A stretch of 64,000 nucleotides of DNA from Myxococcales bacterium (GCA_016703425.1 JADJCA010000011.1:314050-378049), one strand, 5' to 3'; shown: positions 25,767 to 35,626, numbered from the stretch's first letter. Notes: generated by a model not told the origin, from the letters alone. Made by a program: numbers and translations.

Positions 25767-27004
25767 GCGCGGTTTCAATCTGGCGCGAGCCCACGGCGAC
25801 GCAATACCGAACGTTCTTTGCCGCCTGGAGCGGCTGGGTGTTGGACGCGTTCGACTTCACGATCTTCTTGCTCGTGATGCCGCACATCGAGGCCGAGTTC
25901 GGCGTCAAGAACGTCGCCACGACGGCCTCCATCGCGCTGACGCTCCTGGCGCGGCTCGTCGGCGGTTACGTGGCCGGCAAGGCCGCCGATCGTTGGGGGA
26001 GGCGATTGCCGTTGCTCCTGTCGATCGTGTGGTTTGCGCTCTGCGATGGCGCCGTCGCGCTGGCGCCGAGCTTCACCGCGGTGCTTGTACTCCGCACGCT
26101 GTTCGGTTTCGGCATGGGCGCTGAGTGGACGAGCGGCACGACGCTGGCGATGGAAAACTGGCCGGCGCGCAGCCGCGGCATCGCCTCCGGCGTCCTTCAG
26201 GGCAGCTGGGCCATCGGGTACCTCTTGGCGGCCGCCGTCTCGGCCTTCGTCGTCCCGCGTTTTGGCTGGCGGGGCCTCTTCGTGGTCGCCGCGTTGCCGG
26301 CGCTCTTGGTGCTGCCGATGCGTTTCGCGATCCCCGAGAGCGACGAGTGGAAGTCGGCGCGAGGCAAGACGGAACGGCTCGCCACGTTGCGCGAGGTCTT
26401 CCGCAAGTACCCCACGCTGCTTGGGCGAACGCTGTGGGCCTCTTTCGCGATGGCCGCCGGCTTCGGCGCCTACTACGCCATCACGGGGCTCTACCCGTCG
26501 ATGCTCGTCGCCGAGCACGGAATGGACGCCGCGGCCGTCGCCAAGCTCGTCGCGATCTTCAACGTGGGCATGATGGTGGGCGCTGTGGGCTGCGGCTACT
26601 TGGCCAGCCGAAGCGGCACGACTTGGGGCCTCGCGGCGCCGGCCGCGATCTCGCTCCTGGTGCTGCCGCTCTACGTCGGCATGGGGAGCACGTCGCTCGC
26701 GCTCGGGGCGCTCCTGGCGGGCGCTTTTGGCGTCGGCTTTTCGGGCGTCACGCCGATGCTCTTGACGGGGCTGTTCCCCGCCGAGGCGCGCGCTCGCCTC
26801 GTGGGGATCGTCTACCACGTGGGCGCGCTCTTCGCGGGCTTCATGCCGATGCTCGTCGCGGCCTTGGCAAAGCAGATGCCGCTGTCGCGGGCCATCTGGA
26901 TCACGGCAACGGCACTCGAAGTTCTGCTGGTCTTGCTCGTGGTCTTCCGAAAGCGCGATGAGTCGTCCGCAACGACGCCGGCCGAGGTCGAGGTGATGTC
27001 ATGA
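25763..27004 (+). CDS. MFS transporter.
   Basis: 12-TM pattern. MFS motif A-like GKAADRWGRR. The long antisense ORF 25775..26818 (-) is Arg-rich nonsense. Confidence 0.85.
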   Translation: MSAVSIWREPTATQYRTFFAAWSGWVLDAFDFTIFLLVMPHIEAEFGVKNVATTASIALTLLARLVGGYVAGKAADRWGRRLPLLLSIVWFALCDGAVALAPSFTAVLVLRTLFGFGMGAEWTSGTTLAMENWPARSRGIASGVLQGSWAIGYLLAAAVSAFVVPRFGWRGLFVVAALPALLVLPMRFAIPESDEWKSARGKTERLATLREVFRKYPTLLGRTLWASFAMAAGFGAYYAITGLYPSMLVAEHGMDAAAVAKLVAIFNVGMMVGAVGCGYLASRSGTTWGLAAPAAISLLVLPLYVGMGSTSLALGALLAGAFGVGFSGVTPMLLTGLFPAEARARLVGIVYHVGALFAGFMPMLVAALAKQMPLSRAIWITATALEVLLVLLVVFRKRDESSATTPAEVEVMS

Positions 27005-28128
27005 AGCTCGGTCTTGCGATTATTTCCTTGAGCGCCCTTGGCTACTTGATGGCCCTACCCGCCTGTCTCACCTCGGAAGTGAGCGTGAACGACCTCGCCG
27101 CCAAGACCAATGGCGGTGCGTTCTCTGCGGCCGGCTCCGATCCCTCCGACAACGCGGCGAGCGCCGACTCCTCGGCCATTCGGTACCGTGAGCTCGCGGC
27201 CCACCCCGGCTGCACCACCGACGGCCTCACGTATCCGGCAGCCGCCATCCCCGGCTACACGTGCGCCGCCAAGGGCTACGAGCCGGCCTCCGAGGACGCG
27301 CAGAAGCCCATCGTCCTCTTGGTCCACGGCAACTCGTCAACGCCGGCCGACTACGAGAGGTTTCCGAAGGACGACCCGAACGCTCTCCCGATGCTGTCGG
27401 AGCGGCTCGCGGCTTCCGGCTTTCGGAGCTACGCCGTCGACTTCCGCATCGACAAGGTCGACGACCCGAACCAGAACAACGACACGGAGAACGCGGCGAA
27501 GAACTTCGACCACGGCTGGGCCGTGCCGATCCTCGAGCACCTCATCGACTCGGTGATGACGGCGAACCCGGGCCGCAAGGTCTCGCTGGTGGGCTTCTCG
27601 GTCGGGCCGACGATCATTCGCGATGCGCTGCGCCGCTTGCACCGGGCCAAGAAGAAGCCCTTCGAACGGATCGCCGCGTTGGTCTTCGCCGCCGGCGGCC
27701 ATCACGGCGTCTCGACGTTCCGCAAACTCTGTGGGCCAAACCCGACCATGCGCGGGCGCGTGGCTTGCGAGCTGGGAGATCGCACGGCCTTCGCACCGAC
27801 GGAGCTGTCAAAGCCGCTAAACGGCCCCGACGGCGCCTTCGAGGCGCCCTGCGCCGACGGAGCCTCGGCCTTCGGCCAGAAGGGCGTCTGCGGGAAGAAC
27901 ACGGTGCGCATCACCACCGTCGTCATGAAGGACATCAAGGACGGCACCTACCAGGACGAGTTCGTCTCGGAAGGCGCCAGCGCGCTCAAGGGCGCCCAGA
28001 ACCTCACGGTGCCCCTCGAGGCGAGCGATCCCACGGGCTACTTCCTGAAAGGACTCTTCAAGAACCACTACGGCGCGCTGCGGAGCGAAGCGGCGCTGTC
28101 GCTCATCTTGGCGGCCCTCGAGAAGTAG
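27001..28128 (+). CDS. Secreted alpha/beta-hydrolase (lipase/esterase-like) lipoprotein.
   Basis: Signal/lipobox MKLGLAIISLSALGYLMALPAC. VLLVHGNSSTP (oxyanion region). GFSVG (GxSxG nucleophile). Confidence 0.7.
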   Translation: MKLGLAIISLSALGYLMALPACLTSEVSVNDLAAKTNGGAFSAAGSDPSDNAASADSSAIRYRELAAHPGCTTDGLTYPAAAIPGYTCAAKGYEPASEDAQKPIVLLVHGNSSTPADYERFPKDDPNALPMLSERLAASGFRSYAVDFRIDKVDDPNQNNDTENAAKNFDHGWAVPILEHLIDSVMTANPGRKVSLVGFSVGPTIIRDALRRLHRAKKKPFERIAALVFAAGGHHGVSTFRKLCGPNPTMRGRVACELGDRTAFAPTELSKPLNGPDGAFEAPCADGASAFGQKGVCGKNTVRITTVVMKDIKDGTYQDEFVSEGASALKGAQNLTVPLEASDPTGYFLKGLFKNHYGALRSEAALSLILAALEK

Positions 28129-28218
28129 CCGCGCCCTCGCGCCGGCGCCGCCCGCGCGTGTTGCCTTTTGCACGTTTCAGCGCCGCGCCAACGCGCGCGG
28201 GGCCCGGAGTCCGTTCGT

Positions 28219-29637
28219 CCCATGAAGCACATGTTGTCCGCCGCTTCGCCGGCAAGTTCACGCGCGCGCCGACGGCTGGAGGTCGGCGCGGCCGTTGTCG
28301 CGCTCATCCTCGGTGCACGGCTCGCGGAAGCGAGGCCCCAGCAGACCGACGAAACCAAGGAGCCGCCGGCGGCGCCGGACACACCGACCGCGAACCCGAA
28401 CGAGGCGCCTCCGCCGGAGACGCGCCGCAAGGAGCCGCCGGAGCCAGGCGGCGCAACGGGTTCCGTCGTCGCCGCCGATGCGTCCGCAGCGAAGTCTGGG
28501 TCCGCGCCCGGCCCTCTCGCCCTAGAGCTCACGCCCTACGTCGCCATCGCCGGCGGCTTGAAGGTCGACAACGTCATCGACAAGGAGCGCGAGGATCGGG
28601 ATGACCGCGTGGTGACCTTCGCGGTCGCGCGGTTCGGTGTCATGGGGCGCTTGGGCGCGCACGCATTGGTGCAGAGCGAGCTCATGGCTTCAGGGGGTGT
28701 GGGGCTCCACGGAGCGAGCGCCTACGAAGGGCAAGCGGCGCTCCAGGTCCGGCAACAGCTCGTTCGGGTGACCTATGCGCCGCTCGCCCTCGAGGTCGGC
28801 CGCATCCTCGACGAAGCGAGCGTCGACTACACGTCGGCGCACGTGCAGGACACCTTGCTTCAAGACACGGCGACGCGCGATCCGCTCCTCTACAGCGGCC
28901 TAAACCTCGGCAACGGCGGCCGCGTCAGCGTGGAGGTCGTGCCGCGACTCCGGCTCGCCCTGACCTTCAACGCCGGCAACCCCGTCTCGACCACCGCGAC
29001 CTTGGCCGTCGGCGGGACGTTTCCGCCCTTTGAACGCATCTACACGCAGGCCTACCAGGCCGTGAACCAAGGGCCCAACCACTTCCCTGACGACACGTTT
29101 CACTCGATGGTGCTGACGCCGAGCGTGCTCTACACGGGCGGCGACGTCGAGGTGAAGGTCGCGGCGCAGGGCTTCGACATCAACACCAACACCACGCGCG
29201 CCGGCGACGATCACGTCCGCGGGTACAACGTGCGCGGCACGATGCGCGTGAAGCTCCTCGGCGACACCCTCTCGCCGTTCGCGTCGGCGGCCTACACGCG
29301 CAACGACACGCTCGAGCCCAACGCGCTCGACCGCCGCTCGCCGGACCGATACCAGGCGGTTAACTTGGGCGGCGGCGTCGACGTGCACGTGGCGCGGCGC
29401 CACGCGGGGCGCGAAGAAGCGGCCGACGGGGTGGGCGCGCAGCTTCAGCAGGTGCAGTTTCAAGTCGGCGACGGGCTCGTCACGACGCTCCGCTACGCGA
29501 ACCTGGGTGGGAGCTACTGGCTAACGCCGAACGTTGCGCTCGGCGCGCGCGCCGCGCTCTGGGTGCAGCAACAGAAGGGCGGCGCCGACATCGGCGAGCG
29601 AACGTTCACCGTGGGCCTCCGGGCCGTCGTGCCATAG
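28219..29637 (+). CDS. Secreted hypothetical protein, possibly an outer-membrane beta-barrel.
   Basis: Internal ATG at 28219 (MKHMLSAASPASS...AAVVALILGARLAEA). Low-complexity Pro/Glu linker, then alternating amphipathic beta-strand-like segments. Ends ...GLRAVVP. Confidence 0.5.
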   Translation, partial: PMKHMLSAASPASSRARRRLEVGAAVVALILGARLAEARPQQTDETKEPPAAPDTPTANPNEAPPPETRRKEPPEPGGATGSVVAADASAAKSGSAPGPLALELTPYVAIAGGLKVDNVIDKEREDRDDRVVTFAVARFGVMGRLGAHALVQSELMASGGVGLHGASAYEGQAALQVRQQLVRVTYAPLALEVGRILDEASVDYTSAHVQDTLLQDTATRDPLLYSGLNLGNGGRVSVEVVPRLRLALTFNAGNPVSTTATLAVGGTFPPFERIYTQAYQAVNQGPNHFPDDTFHSMVLTPSVLYTGGDVEVKVAAQGFDINTNTTRAGDDHVRGYNVRGTMRVKLLGDTLSPFASAAYTRNDTLEPNALDRRSPDRYQAVNLGGGVDVHVARRHAGREEAADGVGAQLQQVQFQVGDGLVTTLRYANLGGSYWLTPNVALGARAALWVQQQKGGADIGERTFTVGLRAVVP

Positions 29638-29683
29638 CGCGGCTCTTCATCCTGCCCCGCGGGCGGGCCGGGGCGGGCGCCGG

Positions 29684-30340
29684 CTATTTTGCCAACGACG
29701 CTACCGGGACGAAGCGAACCGAGTAGCTGACGACCTTCTTGCCGTGGGGCGAGCGTTCGAAGTCGATGCTCTTCCAGAACGCGACGGCACACTCGACGAA
29801 GCCTTCGCCACGAAGCGTCGTCCGCGGGTTGGCGACCTTGGCGCGCCCGCCATCGGCCTCGATGGTCAGGTCCACACCGAACTCACCCTGCTTTGCGGGG
29901 TTCACACGCCCGAAGCACGCGGCCAACTCTGGATAGCGGGGCTCCGCGGAGCGAAGGAACGGCTGCTTGGTCACTTCATCGAAGGGACCGCCACCGACGT
30001 GCATGCCGATGGACACGACCTTCGCGCGCGCGCCCGATGTGCCGGCGGCGTCGACGGGCGACGCATCGACGCTTAGACCTCCGTCCGCGCTCTTCCGTGA
30101 GGGCGGGTCCGACGCCACCGGCGCGGGGACCGGAGTCGGCCCGGAGTGCGCGCTGGAGTTGGTGGCAGCGGCGACGGGCGGGGAGTCGTCGAGCGCCGGA
30201 GCCGGCGAGGTCTTGCTCGCGGCCCCTTGCGGCGTGCAGCCGAGGGCGGCGAGGAGCGATGCCCAGAGGCAAAGGCGAGCTGGCACGGCGCGATGATGAC
30301 GGAAGAGAACGACAGAAGAGAAGGAAGTGTCGAAGGACAA
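29684..30340 (-). CDS. Lipoprotein with an AgmX/PglI-type C-terminal domain (paralog of 19649..20317).
   Basis: LCLWASLLAALGC lipobox. C-terminal domain ...PFDEVTKQPFLRSAEPRYPELAACFGRVNPAKQGEFGVDLTIEADGGRAKVANP...GFVECAVAFWKSIDFERS...VSYSVRFVP. The start is probably an internal GTG. Confidence 0.6.
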   Translation of the reverse strand: MSFDTSFSSVVLFRHHRAVPARLCLWASLLAALGCTPQGAASKTSPAPALDDSPPVAAATNSSAHSGPTPVPAPVASDPPSRKSADGGLSVDASPVDAAGTSGARAKVVSIGMHVGGGPFDEVTKQPFLRSAEPRYPELAACFGRVNPAKQGEFGVDLTIEADGGRAKVANPRTTLRGEGFVECAVAFWKSIDFERSPHGKKVVSYSVRFVPVASLAK

Positions 30341-30412
30341 AACTCGAAGGGCGCCGTCCTTGTTAGAACGGCGCCCTTCGGGGTTGGGTCAAGGCCCGGG
30401 GTGGGGAGAGGG

Positions 30413-30709
30413 TTACTCTTCCCCGTCGTCGTGGCCGGCGCCCGACGTGGGCGCTCCGCCCAACATCGACGGGACACCCGCCGGCGGCGAAGCTTTCGCT
30501 TTTGCCCCAGAGGACTTGGCGCGGCCGGCGGACGGGGCCCGCTTGGCGGCCGCGCGGCCAGGGGCCTTTCTAGCTGGCTTTTTTGCAGCCTTCTTCTTGG
30601 CGCCGCCGGCCTTTTTCGCGGCCTTGCGCTTCGGCGCCTTCTTTGCCGTCTTGCCGGCAGCCTTCTTGGTCGTCTTGGTCTTCTTCGCAGCCTTCTTCTT
30701 AGCAGCCAT
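30413..30709 (-). CDS. Lysine/alanine-rich histone H1-like nucleoid protein.
   Basis: MAAKKKAAKKTKTTKKAAGKTAKKAPKRKAAKKAGGAKKKAAKK... (98 aa). ATG at 30707-30709 preceded by GGAGGG. Embedded in a longer spurious track ORF (30413..31177). Confidence 0.65.
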   Translation of the reverse strand: MAAKKKAAKKTKTTKKAAGKTAKKAPKRKAAKKAGGAKKKAAKKPARKAPGRAAAKRAPSAGRAKSSGAKAKASPPAGVPSMLGGAPTSGAGHDDGEE

Positions 30710-30859
30710 TCTCGATCCCTCCTGAGAAGGTATGACGTGACGTATATGGTCACCTACGTCATCTGTCAAACAAAAAAGTTGCCTTCGTGCACAAAGGGCT
30801 TGCGTCTGGCTCGTCGCAACCCTAGCCGCCCGCGCGCTTTTCGCTCGACGTTTCTCGAG

Positions 30860-30952
30860 TCGATCACGCGATCGCGCCGTCTTGAAATTGGGTTGTTCGC
30901 GCGCGTGATTTTTTTTTCGATCGAGGTGATCGCGATGAGGTGATCGCGCGCG
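30860..30952. promoter_or_regulatory. Repeat-containing regulatory region in the 520-bp divergent intergenic spacer (histone-like gene to OmpA-family gene).
   Basis: Direct repeats GAGGTGATCGCG at 30923-30934 and 30937-30948. Related GATCACGCGATCGCG at 30862-30876. CGCGCGTGAT followed by a T9 run at 30900-30917. Confidence 0.3.
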
Positions 30953-31233
30953 TCGACGTTGATGACATCGGGTGTGCTCCCTGGATGGCGAGCGCGCTCG
31001 CGACCGTCGAGAGGCGACCGTCTCGTGTCGCTCGACGTGCCGCGAGCGAGGCGCACGGGTCTTCGGCACCGGAACTGTGAGCGTCCGAGCGCGCGTCGCG
31101 GAGCGGCCATCCAGTTCTCCCGCGCCTTGACGACGACTTCCAGCGAACGGTACCGTCCTCGTGCTTCGATGCACCAACGGCTCGACGGACTCGCCGCGCG
31201 CTGCGCCGGCTGACCGTCATAGGAGGTTACGAG

Positions 31234-32043
31234 ATGCGTTTGGCTCACATGCTGGTCGTTGCGGCGGCCACCCTCGCACTGGGCTGCGGGCACACCGACG
31301 AAGAGATGGCGGACAAGCAGCGCGAGATCGACAAGCTCGCCGCCGAGCTCAAGGCCGCCAAGACGCAAATGGCCTCGGATCAAGCGAAGTTCCACGACTC
31401 GCAGGCGCAGATCGAGTCGCTCCGCGCGCAGCTCAAGCAGGCCGGCATCACGGAGGGCAAGATGCAGCAGGCGCTCTCCGAGTACAAGCTGCGAGCCGAC
31501 CAGTTGGCGGCCATCGAGGCCCGCTACCGGGACCTCAAGGCGCGTCTCGAGAAGCTCACGCAAGTGGGGCTCAAGGTCGCCGTGCGGAACAACCGCATGG
31601 TCATCCAGCTCCCTGGCGACGTGCTCTTCGACTCAGGGAAGGACGAGCTCAAGCCGCAAGGCAAAGAGGTCCTCTTGCAGGTCGCCGACGTCGTCGGCAA
31701 AGACAGCGACCTCTCGAAGCGCATGTTCCAAGTGGCGGGGCACACCGACAACCAGAAGTACGCGGGCCCGTTCCGCGACAACTGGGGCCTTTCTCTTGCG
31801 CGCTCGCACCGCGTCCTCGGCTCTTTGATCACGCCGCCCAAGCCCAGCAAGGACGGCAAGAAGAACGATGGAGGCGGCGGCCTGAACCCCAAGAACTGGT
31901 CAGCGTCGGGCTACGGCGAGAGCGATCCCATCGCGGGAAGCGTGGAAACGCAGGCCAACGACGACAAGCAGAAGAACCGTCGCGTCGAGCTGGTGCTCCA
32001 GCCGAACGTCGAAGAGATGCTCAACCTCGGCACGCTGAAGTAG
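31234..32043 (+). CDS. OmpA-family lipoprotein with an N-terminal coiled coil.
   Basis: Lipobox LALGCG. Coiled-coil region (KQREIDKLAAELKAAKTQ...). OmpA_C-like domain with NRRVELVL. Confidence 0.8.
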   Translation: MRLAHMLVVAAATLALGCGHTDEEMADKQREIDKLAAELKAAKTQMASDQAKFHDSQAQIESLRAQLKQAGITEGKMQQALSEYKLRADQLAAIEARYRDLKARLEKLTQVGLKVAVRNNRMVIQLPGDVLFDSGKDELKPQGKEVLLQVADVVGKDSDLSKRMFQVAGHTDNQKYAGPFRDNWGLSLARSHRVLGSLITPPKPSKDGKKNDGGGGLNPKNWSASGYGESDPIAGSVETQANDDKQKNRRVELVLQPNVEEMLNLGTLK

Positions 32044-32157
32044 CCGCGTTCCCCGTCATCGAGGGCCGACGCTCACCCGGTGAGCGCGGCCCTCGTTGGT
32101 TTTGTTACCCGGCATTCGTTGCCCCTCGACACCGTTCGAAACCAGCAAGGACTCCCA

Positions 32158-33095
32158 TGCGCGTAGCGACCATCGACATCGGAACCAACACGGTGCTCCT
32201 GCTCGTGGCCGAGGCCGGTGCCGACGGGACGCTCGAGCCGATCCTCGAGCGGGCGACGATCACTCGCCTCGGGCAAGGCGTTGACAAGACCAAGGCGCTC
32301 GCGCCGGAGGCGCTGGCGCGAACCACGACGTGCATCGATGCCTACGCCGATCTGATTCTTGCCCATGGGGTCACAGCCATCGACGTCGTCGGGACAAGCG
32401 CGATGCGCGACGCGGCGGGGGGCGCCGACCTCGCGGCCTACGTAAAGAACAAGCTTGGCGTCCCGGCCCGCGTCATCAGCGGTGAGGAGGAGGCGCGCCT
32501 TACCTTCGAGGGCGCGCTCGTGGGGCTCAACGTGGGCCCGCGCGCGACGGTCTTCGACATTGGCGGGGGCAGCACGGAGGTCGTCCAAGGCACGTGCGCT
32601 TCGCCAACGGCCGACGCCCGCGTCGAGTTTGCCGTCAGCTACGACATGGGCAGCGTGCGGATGACCGAGCGGCACCTGCACCACGACCCGCCGACAAGCG
32701 AAGAGTGCGCCCAAGCGACGGCCGACATCGATGCCATCGCAAAGACCCTGCCGCCCCTGGCCCAGGGCGAGCGCCCCGTTGCCATCGCCGGCACCATGAC
32801 AACGCTCGCCGCCATCGCCATCGACCTCGCTCCCTACGACAGCGCTCGCATTCACGGCCTGGAGCTCGAGGTCGCGACGCTCGTCGCCACCACCGAGCGC
32901 CTGCTGCGACTTCCGCTCGCCGAGCGGCGCAACGTTCGAGGGCTCGAACCCAAACGTGCCGACGTCATCGTCGGCGGCGCCCTCGTAGCCACCCGACTCC
33001 TCAAGCGGTGGGGCGCGGAGCGCGTGACGTTCTCGGATCGGGGTGTCCGCTGGGGGCTAGCGCTTGCACTCTGCAAACGAGCCGCTACCATGTAG
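32158..33095 (+). CDS. Ppx/GppA-family phosphatase (exopolyphosphatase / pppGpp phosphohydrolase).
   Basis: MRVATIDIGTNTVLLLVAE... (actin-like ATPase fold N-terminus of Ppx/GppA), DIGGGSTE. Internal ATG of the longer track ORF 31161..33095. Confidence 0.8.
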
Positions 33096-33359
33096 TCCGG
33101 TGTGTTCGCTGCGTATCTGCCGGCAAGGCCTGCGAAATGCCTCTGTCTGACCGAATGCTACATCTGGTCATTGACGGATAGGAGCCCGGCAAACTAGAGT
33201 GGCGAGGGCTAAGCGTCCGCCCTGATTCCGTCTCCGGTCTCGAAGACGAACGAAGGTTGGTGCGAAGGAAGCCGCGGACCGCTCGCCTGTTCAGTAGGGG
33301 CGCGGCGTCACCGCACGGCGGGTGGGGTCTCCCAAAAAGACTCGCGGGGGCGACGAGGA

Positions 33360-33872
33360 GTGACAATGCAGGGTGGCGCTGAGGTCAAATTCAAGGTCGG
33401 TGACAAGGCCGTCTACCCCGCCCAGGGCGTAGCGGAAGTCATCAAGATCGAGGAGAAGGACATCGGTGGCACTCGCCAGCGGTTCTACGTCCTTCGCATC
33501 CTCGACACAGACCGCAAGATCATGGTCCCGGTCAGCAACGCCAGCGCCGTCGGCCTCCGCCAGGTGATCAGCGAGCAAGAGATCCGCGAGATCTTCGACA
33601 TCCTCCGCGAGCGCACCATCGCCTTCGACAACCAAACGTGGAACCGCCGCTACCGCGGGTTCATGGACAAGATCAAGACGGGCTCGATCTACGACGTCGC
33701 AGAGGTCTTCCGCGATCTCTATCGGCTCAAGACCGACAAACAGTTGTCGTTCGGCGAGCGGCGCATGCTCGACACCGCACGGTCGCTCATCGTCAAAGAG
33801 ATCGCGATCGCGCGCGAGCAGACGGAAGAGCAAGTGAAGAACGAGATCGAGAGCATCTTCCTCACGAACTGA
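33360..33872 (+). CDS. cdnL: CarD-family transcriptional regulator (CdnL-like).
   Basis: FKVGDKAVYPAQGVAEVIKIEEKDIGGTRQRFYVLRIL (RNAP-interacting Tudor-like domain) and a C-terminal helical domain. 170 aa, as for CdnL. Confidence 0.85.
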   Translation: MTMQGGAEVKFKVGDKAVYPAQGVAEVIKIEEKDIGGTRQRFYVLRILDTDRKIMVPVSNASAVGLRQVISEQEIREIFDILRERTIAFDNQTWNRRYRGFMDKIKTGSIYDVAEVFRDLYRLKTDKQLSFGERRMLDTARSLIVKEIAIAREQTEEQVKNEIESIFLTN

Positions 33873-33942
33873 GCAAGCGGTTCACGGTGGGCGCGGCCCG
33901 CGGGAGGCGCCAACGCTGCGATCGCCTGAGATCGAAGGCGGT

Positions 33943-34170
33943 CTACGGCTCGTCGAGTAGGCCGAACTCCCATTTTTCGCCCGGCTCGCGGAGGCCCGCC
34001 ACGGCCGATTCGACGCGGCGCAAGAGCTCGTCGGCGGCAGCTGCCGGTGAGGCTTTGACGCCCACGGCGACGCCACCCTCCCAGAGCCACACCTTCGCGC
34101 CGGCGACGCCGTCGACGCCGTAGACCAACTCGAGCGTTCTACGCAGCCGCGGCGGCAGGGCATCGCTCAC
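33943..34170 (-). CDS. Small hypothetical protein, last gene of the NosL operon.
   Basis: 75 aa. Start overlaps the NosL stop (ATGA). No recognisable motif. Confidence 0.35.
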   Translation of the reverse strand: MSDALPPRLRRTLELVYGVDGVAGAKVWLWEGGVAVGVKASPAAAADELLRRVESAVAGLREPGEKWEFGLLDEP

Positions 34171-34607
34171 GGTGCGCCCTCGTCTTTGAGAATCGCTTGG
34201 GTCACGTCCCCAAGCTTGTACGTCCGCCGCCCGCGGTGGTCACCCATGAACTTCTGCACCTTGTCGGGGTGCACGGGGACGAGCTCCGGCCCCATGGGGC
34301 CTTCGACGTCGCTGCCGGCGACGAAGACGACCTCATCGCCGCGAAGGCTGGCTTGGCTGTAGTGCTCGCGGACGTGAAGCTCGGGCATCTTGGCCAGCGG
34401 CGCCTTGGCGAGACGGGCCGCGAGCGCGCAGCGGGGCGTGTCGAAAACGCGAGTGCCGCTGTCGTCCTTGAGCTCCGCGCGGAAAGGGCTGCGCTCGTCG
34501 ACGAGCATGCCGCAATGGGGGCAGCGGACTCGCGACGCGCTGCCGCTGCCTTTGGCGCGGCACGACAGGGAGAGCAACGCGAGGAGGAGGAGCGAGCGGC
34601 GCGTCAT
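34167..34607 (-). CDS. nosL: NosL-family copper-binding lipoprotein.
   Basis: MTRRSLLLLALLSLSC lipobox. RCPHCGMLVDE...FDTPRCAL...HVREHY...VFVAGSDVEGPMGPELVPVHPDKVQKFMGDHRG matches the NosL consensus (C.hCGM...FD...C...PMG...). Internal ATG of track ORF 34167..35351. Confidence 0.7.
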   Translation of the reverse strand: MTRRSLLLLALLSLSCRAKGSGSASRVRCPHCGMLVDERSPFRAELKDDSGTRVFDTPRCALAARLAKAPLAKMPELHVREHYSQASLRGDEVVFVAGSDVEGPMGPELVPVHPDKVQKFMGDHRGRRTYKLGDVTQAILKDEGAP

Positions 34608-35626
34608 GGGAAGAGGAAGACGCCACCGGTATGCCATGCGTAGCGGACAATGGGCATAAGCCCCACAACGAACGCGACGAGGAACGCGCCCGCGCTCCGG
34701 CCGAAGCGCGTGCGCGCAAACAGAAGCGACAGCGCTGGCTCGCGCGATAGGAGCCACGCCGTGACGGCGCCGAGGGCCCAGACGACGCCCGCGTAGAGGG
34801 CACCGAAGAGGGGGAAGCCGATGGCCCCGACGTCGCCATGAAGCAGGCAAAACGGGCAGAGGTGGTGCGGCGTCTCGAAGGCGTGGGGAGCGACGCCGAA
34901 GACGACGGCGAGGACTCCAAGGGCGGACGCTAAGACCGCCACGGCGCCGGCAGCTAGCATGGCGCCCGTGTTTGGACGCCGCGCCACGCGCGCGCCCGCG
35001 ATGACGGCGAGCAGCACGAAGGCGCCGCCCGTCACGGTGACGCCGAGGCGCGGCAACGAGACGTGGCCGGGGCCCGCCGCGAGCGCGGTGTCCAGTTCGG
35101 CCGAGCAACAGGAGGCGGTCGCCGACAGGTCGAGCTCGAGGAGAAACAGGGTGCTCAGCGCGGCGTGGATCAGCGCGAGCGGCGCGAGGACCGCGGTGGC
35201 GCGCGCGAGGGCCCGAGCGAGCGTCAGTCGAGGCATCAAGGCATCGAACGCGTAGAGCTGCGCGAGCACCCCCCCAAGGACGGCCAGCGCGACGGAGAGC
35301 GCGAGGGCGGGCACGCCGTAGCGGTTGGCACCAAAGACGCCATAGGCGCACATGGCGCCACGCAGCGAGTGCGACAGCCGGTCGGCGGTGAGGACCCCGA
35401 GGCCGAGGTCAAGGACCGCGCCCACGGCGGCGACGCGCGCGAGGATCTGCGCGAGCTCCACGCGTCGTTCGATGAGGAGCTGCCCCTCGGTGGCGGCGGA
35501 CTTCTCCGCGAGATCTGCTGAACGAAGCAGGCGCAGCGCGGTGCTGGCGGCGCGGATGAAGAGCGCGGCGAGCGTCACGGCCGACGCGAGCCGCAAGAGC
35601 ACGAAAGGCTGGAGGAGGTTGGTCAC
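34604..35626 (-). CDS. Polytopic membrane protein with conserved Cys/His motifs (SCCS loop; HHLCPFCLLHG at a TM start); unknown family.
   Basis: ~8 hydrophobic segments. Motifs ...LSATASCCSAELD... and ...FETPHHLCPFCLLHGDVGAIGFPLFGALYAG... Translationally coupled to the ABC ATPase upstream and NosL downstream. Confidence 0.55.
   Translation of the reverse strand: MTNLLQPFVLLRLASAVTLAALFIRAASTALRLLRSADLAEKSAATEGQLLIERRVELAQILARVAAVGAVLDLGLGVLTADRLSHSLRGAMCAYGVFGANRYGVPALALSVALAVLGGVLAQLYAFDALMPRLTLARALARATAVLAPLALIHAALSTLFLLELDLSATASCCSAELDTALAAGPGHVSLPRLGVTVTGGAFVLLAVIAGARVARRPNTGAMLAAGAVAVLASALGVLAVVFGVAPHAFETPHHLCPFCLLHGDVGAIGFPLFGALYAGVVWALGAVTAWLLSREPALSLLFARTRFGRSAGAFLVAFVVGLMPIVRYAWHTGGVFLFP

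Noticed and set aside
25775-26818. 347-aa minus-strand ORF
   Set aside because: Antisense to the MFS transporter. Arg/Glu/Asp-rich, no TM segments.
30766-31563. 265-aa minus-strand ORF
   Set aside because: Overlaps the intergenic repeat region and is antisense to the OmpA-family gene. Leu/Arg-rich.
31161-32157. Upstream 330 codons of the 644-aa track ORF ending at 33095
   Set aside because: Arg/Gly-rich read-through antisense/out-of-frame to the OmpA-family gene. The Ppx/GppA homology begins at the ATG at 32158.
33096-33359. 264-bp spacer upstream of cdnL checked for tRNA/sRNA
   Set aside because: No T-psi-C/GTTCGAATC-like box or cloverleaf could be found by eye. Probably just the cdnL promoter and leader.
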